Below, piece after piece: positions 47,403 to 56,805 of a stretch of DNA of 64,000 nucleotides. Under the pieces are notes generated by a model. It was not told where the DNA came from and searched no databases. It saw nothing but the letters and a program-made list of their open reading frames with translations. Origin of the DNA: Terriglobales bacterium. Lineage in GTDB: Bacteria > Acidobacteriota > Terriglobia > Terriglobales > Acidobacteriaceae. Within the stretch, counting starts at the first letter, position 1. Each line of letters begins with the position of its first letter. The position numbers and the translations under genes were made by a program. The DNA lies in the NCBI GenBank assembly GCA_036557105.1, contig DATBIE010000108.1, forward strand, positions 17,928 through 81,927. The letters run 5' to 3'.

Positions 47403-49793
47403 ATGTACCATCATTGGTTAACCATGAGCTGTTTGTGTCTGCTACTTCTGCTTTCAAGCACGACTTCTTTGCGCGCGCAATCTTCGAACTCGTCTTCTCA
47501 GTCGTCCTTACCGGATCATCCACAACCGCAACCTGGCTCGCCAAACAATCCTGCCTCTCCCTCTTCTGCCGCCGGTGCTAAACCGACGATTGATACACCG
47601 TGGCCCCGCGAAGTTGATCGCGGCGAGGAGAAGATCGCGATGTACCAGCCGCAAATCGAGGCGTGGGAAGGAAACCAGCTACGTGCCTATGCGGCACTTT
47701 CCGTGACAAAAAAAAACAACGCGCCCAAGTATGGTGTGGTTTGGTTCACGGCGAAGACAGAGATTGACAAGATCAACCGTCAGGTGACGATGGACGATTT
47801 CCAAATCACCGCAGTCAACTTTCCCGCCATGAAGGATCGCGAGAGTGAATTTAAGGCTTTCCTCCAGACAAGATTGCCCACGAAGTCGAAGGTGATTGCC
47901 CTTGATCGTTTGGAAGCTGGATTGGCCGCAACCAATGCGGCACAGGCGGCAAAGAAGGGAGTTGCTGTTAAGAACGATCCTCCCCGGGTGATTTTCACCA
48001 GCAAGCCTTCGATGCTTGTCCTCATCGACGGACCACCTAAGTTCGTGGAAGTAGATGAAACCGATCTGCAACGGGTCCTCAACACGCAAGCCGTGATTCT
48101 GGCAGACGCAAAATCTAAGAAGTATTACTTGAACGTGATGGATGGCTGGCTGGAAGCACCGGATCTCACAGCAGGCCCATGGGCTTATGCGGACAAAACG
48201 CCGAAGAGCATGAAAGATATCACCAAGGATATTAAGGAAAAACAAAAAGATAGCGTACCGGAGGGAGAAACTCCGCCTTCTCTGAAAAAGGCAAAGAAAG
48301 AAGGAAAGATCCCCAACGTCTTCGTAAGTTTGGGTCCTGCGGAATTGCTTGTAACCGAAGGTGCGCCAAAATTCGAGCGTATTCCCGGGCTGAGCTTGGA
48401 ATATGTAAAGAACTCGAGCGCCAACGTCTTCCTAAATGGCTCCACTCGCGATTACTACATCCTGATTTCGGGAAGATGGTTTCAGTCCAAGTCTCTTGAG
48501 AATGGTCCTTGGGAGTTCGTTGACGGAGAGCATCTCCCGCAAGAGTTCGGCAAGATTCCCGCAAACAGTCCAAAGGCGGGAGTATTAGTGTCAGTGCCAG
48601 GAACGGGGCCTGCCCAAGAAGCGTTGATTGCCAATTCCATACCACAGACTGCAACCATCACGCGTAGCCAGGTTCACTTGGACGTTAAGTACGACGGAAC
48701 TCCTCAATTCAAAAACATCGAAGGGACGGATCTGCAATATGCAGTAAACACAGCCACACCAGTGATTCGGGTGAATGATAAGAACTATTTCGGGGTCGAG
48801 AATGCAGTGTGGTTTGTGGGGCTGTCACCAACCGGGCCATGGGTCGTGGCAAGTTCAGTACCTGCTGAAATTTATGCTATTCCGCCCAGCTCTCCGCTAT
48901 ATTACGTCACTTACGTCAAAATTTATGACTCGACGCCGGAGGTAGTCCACGTTGGCTATACGCCCGGTTACTACGGGACTGTCGTGTCTTCCACGACCAC
49001 CACAGTTGTTTACGGCACCGGGTTTTACTATCCACCTTATGTCGGCACTTACTGGTATGGAGCTCCTTATACGTACGGCGTAGGCGTTGCATCAACGTGG
49101 AGTTCAGGAACTGGTTGGAGCGTCACAATCGGCGTCGGGTACACTGCCGGTGCTTTCTACTATCCGTGGTGGGGGCCGTGGGGCTATTACGGACCGTGCT
49201 GCTGGGGCACGGCATGGGGGTACGGGTGGGGAGGATATGCCAGTGCGAACGTGTATGGTCGCTGGGGCAATACTGCGTACGCAGGCACTCGCGCTGCTTG
49301 GGCCAACCCATATACCGGAAACTACGGCGCTGGAACGCGAACTACGTTTCAAAACGCGCAAACAGGGACCGTTGGAGTCGCCGGACGCGGAACTAACACT
49401 AACGTCTATACCGGAAACACGAGAGGTGGTCGCGGCGCTGCGGCATACAATCCGCAAACAGGAGTAGTCGCCGGCGCCGGCGCAGGATACGCAGGAAATA
49501 TATATAGCGGTCAAGGCGTAGCTGGTCGTGGTGGCTTCGCATACAACACGAACACAGGAGCAGGTGTCGCGACCGGCGGCAACAACATATATGCCGGCAA
49601 AGATGGAAGCGTGTACCGCTACGATCGGCAAAACGGCAATTGGTCCCAAAATACCGGGAATGGGTGGCATTCGACGAACGCACCGGAGCGGAGCCTCCAA
49701 CAGCAATCCCAGGCGCGGTCTTTGGGCCAGCAACGCACACAGAATTTCAGCCGTTCGATGTCCGGTGCGCGCGCTGGAGGCCGCAGGCGATAA
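47403..49793 (+). CDS. Secreted protein of unknown function: three internal ~65-aa repeats plus a Gly/Tyr/Trp/Thr/Asn-rich C-terminal third
   Basis: Lies inside ORF 47271..49793. ATG 47403 gives the signal peptide MYHHWLTMSCLCLLLLLSSTTSLRAQ. The repeats end in GPW (TAGPW, ENGPW, PTGPW). The low-complexity tail runs from about 48963. Confidence 0.7.
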   Translation: MYHHWLTMSCLCLLLLLSSTTSLRAQSSNSSSQSSLPDHPQPQPGSPNNPASPSSAAGAKPTIDTPWPREVDRGEEKIAMYQPQIEAWEGNQLRAYAALSVTKKNNAPKYGVVWFTAKTEIDKINRQVTMDDFQITAVNFPAMKDRESEFKAFLQTRLPTKSKVIALDRLEAGLAATNAAQAAKKGVAVKNDPPRVIFTSKPSMLVLIDGPPKFVEVDETDLQRVLNTQAVILADAKSKKYYLNVMDGWLEAPDLTAGPWAYADKTPKSMKDITKDIKEKQKDSVPEGETPPSLKKAKKEGKIPNVFVSLGPAELLVTEGAPKFERIPGLSLEYVKNSSANVFLNGSTRDYYILISGRWFQSKSLENGPWEFVDGEHLPQEFGKIPANSPKAGVLVSVPGTGPAQEALIANSIPQTATITRSQVHLDVKYDGTPQFKNIEGTDLQYAVNTATPVIRVNDKNYFGVENAVWFVGLSPTGPWVVASSVPAEIYAIPPSSPLYYVTYVKIYDSTPEVVHVGYTPGYYGTVVSSTTTTVVYGTGFYYPPYVGTYWYGAPYTYGVGVASTWSSGTGWSVTIGVGYTAGAFYYPWWGPWGYYGPCCWGTAWGYGWGGYASANVYGRWGNTAYAGTRAAWANPYTGNYGAGTRTTFQNAQTGTVGVAGRGTNTNVYTGNTRGGRGAAAYNPQTGVVAGAGAGYAGNIYSGQGVAGRGGFAYNTNTGAGVATGGNNIYAGKDGSVYRYDRQNGNWSQNTGNGWHSTNAPERSLQQQSQARSLGQQRTQNFSRSMSGARAGGRRR

Positions 49794-49810
49794 ATCAGCA
49801 ATATCCCGCA

Positions 49811-49830
49811 CTGTTCGGACTCGCGAACAG
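49811..49830. terminator. Hairpin in a convergent intergenic gap
   Basis: CTGTTCG-gactcg-CGAACAG is a 7-bp perfect stem located 18 nt after the stop at 49793. No U-tract follows, so it is weak. Confidence 0.3.
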
Positions 49831-49970
49831 AAATGACTAACGCAACCAACATCTTTCGGCTAGCGAGGTTGCGATTCCGGCAAAATCGTGTCCCGCGAGG
49901 GCGTAAAAGCTATGCAGAATTTGGCAGGAACCTATCGATCTCTCAACCAATCGCGCCGCGCACGGCGGAG

Positions 49971-50369
49971 TCAAGTCCTGGTTTTCCTCAGCACCATTTC
50001 TATTGCGGGAATCAGATCCGTATCAATGCGAGCTTTCAGAACATATCCAGCGGCCCCTATCGAAGAGGCTGCCACACGGTAGTCATCATCGTCATGGACT
50101 GTCACGAATATCACCTTTGTCGTGCAACCCAAATCCCGAAGCTGCGATGCCATCTGAATGCCATTGAGAATGGGCATGGAGATGTCGCTTACAAGAAAGT
50201 CAGGATTGAGGCTCGATGCAGATTCAATCGCCTGCTGTCCGTCTGCTACCGATCCGATGACTTCAAAACGCAATTCAAGTAACTTTTCTACCTTTTTGCA
50301 CATTTCCGCGTTGTCATCAACCAATAAGATTCGTGGACGTTTTTTTCCATTCCATTCCTTAAGCAGCAT
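49971..50369 (-). CDS. Stand-alone response-regulator receiver domain protein
   Basis: ORF 49971..50369 overlaps the kinase stop by 11 nt. Motifs RILLVDDN, DFLVSDISMPILNG, VIFVTVH, AGYVLK. No output domain. Confidence 0.85.
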   Translation of the reverse strand: MLLKEWNGKKRPRILLVDDNAEMCKKVEKLLELRFEVIGSVADGQQAIESASSLNPDFLVSDISMPILNGIQMASQLRDLGCTTKVIFVTVHDDDDYRVAASSIGAAGYVLKARIDTDLIPAIEMVLRKTRT

Positions 50370-53103
50370 TATGGATCACCTTCTCTGGATCTCGTGCCAC
50401 GGCCACCGGAACGCGAACGTTGATCTCCGTTCCATGCATCGGCTGGGATGTGATAAAGATTTTCCCGCCAACTAAGTTGGCCCGTTCTCGCATACTGATT
50501 AGACCAAGTCCTTGTTTGCGCATAGCCGAATCTACATCAAATCCAATGCCGTTATCGCGAACGGTGAGCTGAATCTCGGTAGAGGTCCCACGAAGCTGCA
50601 CCTCGAAGTGTTCAGCATCGCTATACTTAATCGCGTTCTGAAGTGATTCCTGCAGCACTCTGAACAGAGTCAACGAAACATCCTGAAGCAGGCTGGATGG
50701 TACCCCGTCGGCATCGAACTCGATTCGAACGTTCTGCCTGTTAGCAAGCTCCTTACAAAAGGCCTTACACGCTGAAACTAAGCCGAGGTATTCCAGCTTG
50801 GAAGAATGCAAACGATGCGATATCGCTTGAACCTCTTCGCTGATGTCTGACAAACTTTCTCTTATCTCTTCAACGCGATCCTGAAGATCGGTTCGCGATG
50901 CAGGAGTACTTTGTCGCACTTCGCTCAAGTCCACCTGCAGCATGGCCAATCGCTGATTGATATCGTCATGAAGCTCTCTAGCAATACGTGTACGCTCTTG
51001 CTCTTGTGCTTGGATCAATCGTCTGCTCACAGAGCTAAGAGCCTCTTCAGCGAGCTTTCTTTCCGTGACGTCGGCAATCATGCCGACGATATGTTCCAGC
51101 TCACCATGCTCATTGAAATATGCTCTGCTGCTGCGTTGCAACCAAGTGACCACCCCATCGGGACGAATGATTCGGTACGTACTCTGAAAAAAAGGATTGT
51201 CAACATTTAGCTTGGCCAAAGCGGTTTCCAATTGCTCTTTATCATCAGGATGCACCATAGCCGATACTGCGACGCCTGTTGTTTCCTGCTTTGGGTCGAC
51301 ACCCAGAATCTCTGCATATTCTCCGGAGCGCTCGATTACGTCGGTAGCCACATCCCATGAATAAGCAAACATTCTTCCTGCTTGCGCTGCAAGACGAAGC
51401 CGTTCTTCACTTTCTCGGACTGTTTGTTCCATGTGCTTGCGCTCAGTTACGTCAAGCGCGCAGCCAATGTAGCCTGCGAATGAGGTACCCTGAAATCTCG
51501 GGATCCCAACGTCCAAAACCCAGCGGTACGCACCGTCATATCGTCGGATCCTGTATTCCATCCTAAATGTTTCTCGCCGATCGAAAGACTGAGTGTAGTT
51601 ATCGAGGCATTTCCGAAAATCATCGGGGTGGACACCGTCCATCCATCCATTTCCAAGCTCTTCTTGCAATGATCGCCCGGTCAAATGCAACCAGGGCTGG
51701 TTTACATATGTGCAGAGCTTGTCCGTACCCGCCATCCAGATGAGTACAGGCGCAGTGTCCGCGAGTGACCGGAAGCGTGCTTCGCTTTCCTTCAATTCGC
51801 ATTCGGCTTTTGCTTTTCTACGTCGTTGCCAGAGCAGCCCAAATATCAGGAGCGCCTGTAGCAGAACGAGAGAGATGCTGCAGATGACGTACCACTTGTA
51901 GGATTCCCAAAAGGTTGCATCTCGATTGAGAAGAACACTGCCGTATGGGAGATTTGTTTCTTTCAATCTCCAGCGCTTGAGTGCTCGCCAATCGAACATA
52001 TATGTGGTGCCGGCTTTTATCACCGGAATGCCTCGAGGTTTTTCCCCGGCCAGCAGTCGCAGCGCCATCCTTCCTGCAATCGTACCTTGTTCGGTTGCAT
52101 TTGAGAGGTCGCCACCTACTTCTCCATGATTCAGGTATCTGTCGCTCAAGCTGAACACCGGAGCATTCGCTGCGCCGACAACAAGTGGCCCGGATTCATC
52201 TGCGGTATATGAAGTTCCCGCGGAATCCCTGCCTAACGCTGTTAGTAGGACGACGGTATGACTAGGCAACCTTTTCAATCGGTCAATGAGAGTGGGCATA
52301 TCGAGATCGGTCAGGTATGCGATGTCGAGGCGGTCCTGATAAATCTTGAGTTGCTCTTTGATCTGGACTTGCTGCCGCCTATCATAAGGTGCCAAGCCAC
52401 CCACGACCGCCACATGCCGAGTATCCGGCAAAAGGCGCAAAGCTATGGCCAAAGTTGCAGCTGACGCAACGCTCCCGTCCACGCCAGTAAAATCAGAATC
52501 CAGGCTGACGGGCCCGGCTGGTGCATTGGGAAAACAAAAAACAATGGGAACGTCCGGGAAAGATTGTCGGTGGGTTTCGGCCATGAATCTGAGTGCCGAT
52601 GATCCGACAGTGATGATCACATCGGGTCTGTGGTTCCGGTATTTTCGAATATAGAAATCGCGAAACATCTGCTGATCTGCTGAGTCGGGAAAATAAACTG
52701 TGTCCAAGAATTCGTGGTAGAACTCGATCCGGTACGATGCGCTCTGTAGTGCGGTTCGAATCCCCTGATCGACCCGGCTGATGAGAGGCCATGAAGGTCC
52801 TACTTCGTTAAGAATCAGAATTCGCCGAGTGGGATTGACCTGGCCTGCGGAATCAGTTGGAACAAGACAGGCAAGGAAAACTAAAATGAGAGCGATTGGC
52901 GCTCGGGTACATCTAGTATCTTTCGTTCTGCAAAGCCTGAGAAGGGAAGACCTGAAACCTTGTCGACCTCTGCCCGTCCACGACACGCCCTCACACGACA
53001 ACTCAGCTTGTGAACTCAATGGAGTCATTAAATCTGTTCTGCTTGTAACTCCGACCCGCTGAGGCCCGTAACTGTCAGTTTTGACAGCTTCCACTTTAGA
53101 CAT
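50359..53103 (-). CDS. Sensor histidine kinase: periplasmic ABC-substrate-binding-like domain, TM, two PAS, HisKA_3, HATPase_c
   Basis: ORF 50359..53103. N-terminal SBP-like region (RILILNEVGPSWPLISRVDQGIRTAL), TM (YVICSISLVLLQALLIFGLLW), PAS segments, H-box IARELHDDINQRLAML, and ATPase motifs (RDNGIGFD, GLGLISMRERA). Confidence 0.85.
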   Translation of the reverse strand: MSKVEAVKTDSYGPQRVGVTSRTDLMTPLSSQAELSCEGVSWTGRGRQGFRSSLLRLCRTKDTRCTRAPIALILVFLACLVPTDSAGQVNPTRRILILNEVGPSWPLISRVDQGIRTALQSASYRIEFYHEFLDTVYFPDSADQQMFRDFYIRKYRNHRPDVIITVGSSALRFMAETHRQSFPDVPIVFCFPNAPAGPVSLDSDFTGVDGSVASAATLAIALRLLPDTRHVAVVGGLAPYDRRQQVQIKEQLKIYQDRLDIAYLTDLDMPTLIDRLKRLPSHTVVLLTALGRDSAGTSYTADESGPLVVGAANAPVFSLSDRYLNHGEVGGDLSNATEQGTIAGRMALRLLAGEKPRGIPVIKAGTTYMFDWRALKRWRLKETNLPYGSVLLNRDATFWESYKWYVICSISLVLLQALLIFGLLWQRRRKAKAECELKESEARFRSLADTAPVLIWMAGTDKLCTYVNQPWLHLTGRSLQEELGNGWMDGVHPDDFRKCLDNYTQSFDRRETFRMEYRIRRYDGAYRWVLDVGIPRFQGTSFAGYIGCALDVTERKHMEQTVRESEERLRLAAQAGRMFAYSWDVATDVIERSGEYAEILGVDPKQETTGVAVSAMVHPDDKEQLETALAKLNVDNPFFQSTYRIIRPDGVVTWLQRSSRAYFNEHGELEHIVGMIADVTERKLAEEALSSVSRRLIQAQEQERTRIARELHDDINQRLAMLQVDLSEVRQSTPASRTDLQDRVEEIRESLSDISEEVQAISHRLHSSKLEYLGLVSACKAFCKELANRQNVRIEFDADGVPSSLLQDVSLTLFRVLQESLQNAIKYSDAEHFEVQLRGTSTEIQLTVRDNGIGFDVDSAMRKQGLGLISMRERANLVGGKIFITSQPMHGTEINVRVPVAVARDPEKVIHNAA

Positions 53104-53212
53104 CTGCCTTTAAACTTCCCCGCACTTGCCGGACACTTTCTCTCAAAACCAAAGCGATTGTCGGCGTGAGTCGTTGCTCGAAATCGGAAGTGTTATTCGC
53201 TGTCTCTCTACC

Positions 53213-56200
53213 ATGCATGTCTCTCCAAAAACGCTATTATTTCTAACACTGCCTTGGGTCTTCATTCTCCCGGTCGCAAATGCGCAGACCACCTCGACTG
53301 GCGCTGTCACCGGCGTTGTAGTGGACTCATCAGGTTCTCTCCTTCCCGGTGTGCAGGTTCGGTTAGCAACCATGGATGGTCATTACGTACGAGTTAACAT
53401 TTCGAACAATAATGGCTGGTTCGGCTTCGCAGAGCTTCCTGCCGGCAAATATCAGTTAGAGGCTAGCAGACCCGATTTCAAACGGCTGAGAATCCAAGGA
53501 ATTCAGGTCCACGTGACCGAAACTCTTCGCCTCAACTTTCAACTTGAACTTGCAACGGTCGTAGAGCGCACACAAGTCAGTTCAAATCAACCGATGATTA
53601 AACGCGATACCCCCGCGCTTGGCAGAACCACCAATGAAGAAGCGATTCATGAACTGCCCTTGGTCACACGGAATTTTTCTCAGCTGGCTGGCCTTTCTGC
53701 GGGCGTGGTGACCGGCGTATACAACGCAGGGGAACTTGGAATTGGAGGAACCGCACTCTCACAAATCAGTCCGTCCACAGACGGTCTCTACGTGCACGGA
53801 GCACGCTCCTACGATAATCAGTGGACGCTCGATGGTATTAGTGTCAGTGACGTGCTGGGCACAAGCACGGCGAGCGGAGGCATTCCTATCCCCAACCCTG
53901 ACGCTTTGGCGGAATTCGCGGTTCAAACCGCAGTTTATAGTGCAGCGTATGGTCGTGCAGCAGGTTCTAGCGTCAGCGTGATCACGAAGGCCGGTACCAA
54001 TCAGTACCACGCTACATTGTTTGAATTCTTGCGAAACGACATTTTTAACGCAAATGACTTTTTCTTGAACGAAGCGGGGCAAAGGCGGCCAACTCTCAAA
54101 CAAAACCAATTTGGATTCGCATTCGGAGGCCCAATTCAAAAAGATAGGTTGCTGTTTTTTGCGTCTTATCAGGGAACGCGACAGACCAATGGTGTCGCGG
54201 CCGGTCAGGCGCGCGTAGCATGCAGTGCCACGCTTCGCGAGCCACCTCTCACGAGCGACCGATCACCCGGCGCACTTGGAGACCTTTTTGGTGGCATGAC
54301 AGGGGTATTTGGTGGCACCGCGGTTAGTCCTGATGGATCGAATATTAACCCGGCGGCATCCGCCTTGTTGAACTTCAAATTGCACGATGGAAGTTTCTTG
54401 ATTCCTACTCCTCAAAGCATTGACCGATCCAGGCCGTTTGCAATACAAGGCTTCTCGGTGTTCAGTGATCCTTGTGACTTCAGTGAGAATCAGGTTTTAG
54501 TAAATCTGGATTACAAAGCCTCGCAAGACAGCCAAGTCGCATCGCGATTTTTTTTATCCCACAGCAAACAACTCGTAACGTTTCCCGGCAATGGCAAGAT
54601 AACATTGGGGAATATTGCTGGTTTTAGCAGCCCTGGCACCGGAGACTTCGTCGTGTTCTCCTTGGCACATAACTACATCCTGAGTAATGCCCGATTGAAC
54701 GAAGCCAGAGTCGGATTTGTTCATACCATAAGCGACACAGGAGCGAAGGCACCGTTCGCGTGGTCCGACGTCGGCATATCCGAAGGTACGATGAACAAAA
54801 ACAACGAATTGCCTAGCTTGCAGATTGTTGGCTCTGTAAGTATGGGTCCCGCGTTTCCGAGAACGTATGCTCAAAACAGCTTTATATTCGACGATGTCTT
54901 TACGGCTATTTCCGGCTCTCATTCTCTGCAATTTGGCGGATCGGTCATCAGACTGCGGGACCCCCTTCAGTTTGCTGGCTTTGACTCGTTTTTGCAGTTT
55001 CTTAGCTGGCCCGATTTCCTGCTCGGATTGAATGCAAGTGGTAACGGAAGTGGCAGGTTCAGCAACGTATATCAATCGGCAGATGGCTTCGGGCTTTTTG
55101 ATCGTGACCTTAGAGCTTGGGAAGTGTCTGGATTCGCGCAAGATGATTATCAAATTAACCACTCTTTGGCGCTGAATCTTGGGATTCGTTATGAGCGCCC
55201 CGGCCAATTCGCAGACAATTTGGGCAGGAGTGCGAGCTTTGATTTCGTCAAAGCTAATAGGAACCCGCCTGCGGGAGGAAGTCTCGACGGCTACCTTGTT
55301 GCTTCTAATTTCCCAGTCTCTCCACCGTCTGGTGTAATGCGTGTCAATAATGCGTTTGGGACTTATGGAGATGGGCAAAACACGATTGCTCCCCGACTTG
55401 GGTTTGCCTGGCAGATCTTGCCGCGAACAACTCGGCTCGTTCTCCGAGGAGGGTACGGGGCCTACTACTCCCGTCCGACCGGACAAGTTTTCACCGCTTC
55501 CGTACTGGCGGCCCCGTATGGGTTGACTCGAACCAGTACAGGCCCTGCAAATGCAGCAGCCATATTACAAGCGCCATTCGCGGAGCCGTTCCCAACCCCG
55601 ACTTCCTTTCCAATGTTCCCGGCCTATTCGCAAGGGGCAGGAGCGTCCATCAACGTCTTGGCACCGAACTTCAGACCCGCGATGATTCAGCAGTTTTCAC
55701 TGAATACTCAGGCGGAATTGCAGAAAAACTGGTTGTTAGAAGTGGCGTATGTAGGCACCAGAGGTATTCACTTGCAGCGTTTTCGCTCTCTCAACCAGGC
55801 TCTGGATGCATCGCCTGGTAATCCTGTCAGGGGAGTCACGTCGAATACGGTAGCAAATATACCATTGCGAGTACCAATTCCCGGAATAGTGCCTGATTCG
55901 CTACGTGAATTGGAATCATCAGGCAGTTCATGGTACAACGGCCTCGATGTAACCCTTACAAAGCGAATGAATCGAGGCCTGCAAGTACTCTCTTCTTATA
56001 CTTTCTCCAAGGCTCTCGATAGTGACGGCGCGAACGTCAATGGTACATCGGCTGCAAATTTTTTAACACTTGGCGATCAAAACTCCGCTGGGGAGCGGTG
56101 GGGACGCGCCAGCTTCGACCGCACTCACCGCTTCGTATTCAGCGAGTTGTGGGATATTCCGGGGCCAATTGACGGCGTGCAGGGTCTCTTTCTGCGAGGG

Positions 56201-56686
56201 TGGAACATCTCCGCAGTGCTTACGATTCAATCGGGCACGGCACTTACTATCGCGGAAACCAATGCGAACAACGTATTCGGCATCAATGAAGACCGCGCAC
56301 AATTAACCGGCCACTGCACGAACGGCCAGCTGGTGCGCAAAGGATCGATCCAATCCAAACTAAATGATTATTTCAATCAATCCTGTTTTACGACTCCTAA
56401 GGTGATCAGCCCTGACGGAATCGGCACTGCGTTCGGCAACAGCGCGACAGGAATCGTAGATGGGCCTGGTCAAGCGAACCTCGATCTTGAGCTCTCAAAA
56501 CTCCTGCAGTTGAATTGGCCACGGGAGAAAAGCACGATCCGGCTTCGGGCCGAGTTCTTCAATGCTTTGAATCATCCGCAATTTGCTAATCCTGATACCA
56601 ACTTCTCGTCTCCCACATTCGGCGTGATTAGTGGCACGGCCGTCAACGCTAGGGTGATGCAACTTGCGCTAAAGTTCGCTTTCTAG
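53213..56686 (+). CDS. TonB-dependent receptor-like outer membrane protein with an N-terminal CarboxypepD_reg domain
   Basis: Lies inside ORF 53126..56686. ATG 53213 gives the signal MHVSPKTLLFLTLPWVFILPVANAQ. This is followed by GAVTGVVVDSSGSLLPGVQVRL, a plug region, and a long barrel ending LALKFAF. Confidence 0.85.
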   Translation: MHVSPKTLLFLTLPWVFILPVANAQTTSTGAVTGVVVDSSGSLLPGVQVRLATMDGHYVRVNISNNNGWFGFAELPAGKYQLEASRPDFKRLRIQGIQVHVTETLRLNFQLELATVVERTQVSSNQPMIKRDTPALGRTTNEEAIHELPLVTRNFSQLAGLSAGVVTGVYNAGELGIGGTALSQISPSTDGLYVHGARSYDNQWTLDGISVSDVLGTSTASGGIPIPNPDALAEFAVQTAVYSAAYGRAAGSSVSVITKAGTNQYHATLFEFLRNDIFNANDFFLNEAGQRRPTLKQNQFGFAFGGPIQKDRLLFFASYQGTRQTNGVAAGQARVACSATLREPPLTSDRSPGALGDLFGGMTGVFGGTAVSPDGSNINPAASALLNFKLHDGSFLIPTPQSIDRSRPFAIQGFSVFSDPCDFSENQVLVNLDYKASQDSQVASRFFLSHSKQLVTFPGNGKITLGNIAGFSSPGTGDFVVFSLAHNYILSNARLNEARVGFVHTISDTGAKAPFAWSDVGISEGTMNKNNELPSLQIVGSVSMGPAFPRTYAQNSFIFDDVFTAISGSHSLQFGGSVIRLRDPLQFAGFDSFLQFLSWPDFLLGLNASGNGSGRFSNVYQSADGFGLFDRDLRAWEVSGFAQDDYQINHSLALNLGIRYERPGQFADNLGRSASFDFVKANRNPPAGGSLDGYLVASNFPVSPPSGVMRVNNAFGTYGDGQNTIAPRLGFAWQILPRTTRLVLRGGYGAYYSRPTGQVFTASVLAAPYGLTRTSTGPANAAAILQAPFAEPFPTPTSFPMFPAYSQGAGASINVLAPNFRPAMIQQFSLNTQAELQKNWLLEVAYVGTRGIHLQRFRSLNQALDASPGNPVRGVTSNTVANIPLRVPIPGIVPDSLRELESSGSSWYNGLDVTLTKRMNRGLQVLSSYTFSKALDSDGANVNGTSAANFLTLGDQNSAGERWGRASFDRTHRFVFSELWDIPGPIDGVQGLFLRGWNISAVLTIQSGTALTIAETNANNVFGINEDRAQLTGHCTNGQLVRKGSIQSKLNDYFNQSCFTTPKVISPDGIGTAFGNSATGIVDGPGQANLDLELSKLLQLNWPREKSTIRLRAEFFNALNHPQFANPDTNFSSPTFGVISGTAVNARVMQLALKFAF

Positions 56687-56805
56687 ATTGATGAATCTGC
56701 CTATTCTTGCTTTTCTTGGTCGATCCGGGAAGTTGCGGCCATCCAGTCTGGGTTGTTTTGGGATCCTTGAATCTATAGGGCCGATCTCGCACGGCTGTCT
56801 GGGAC

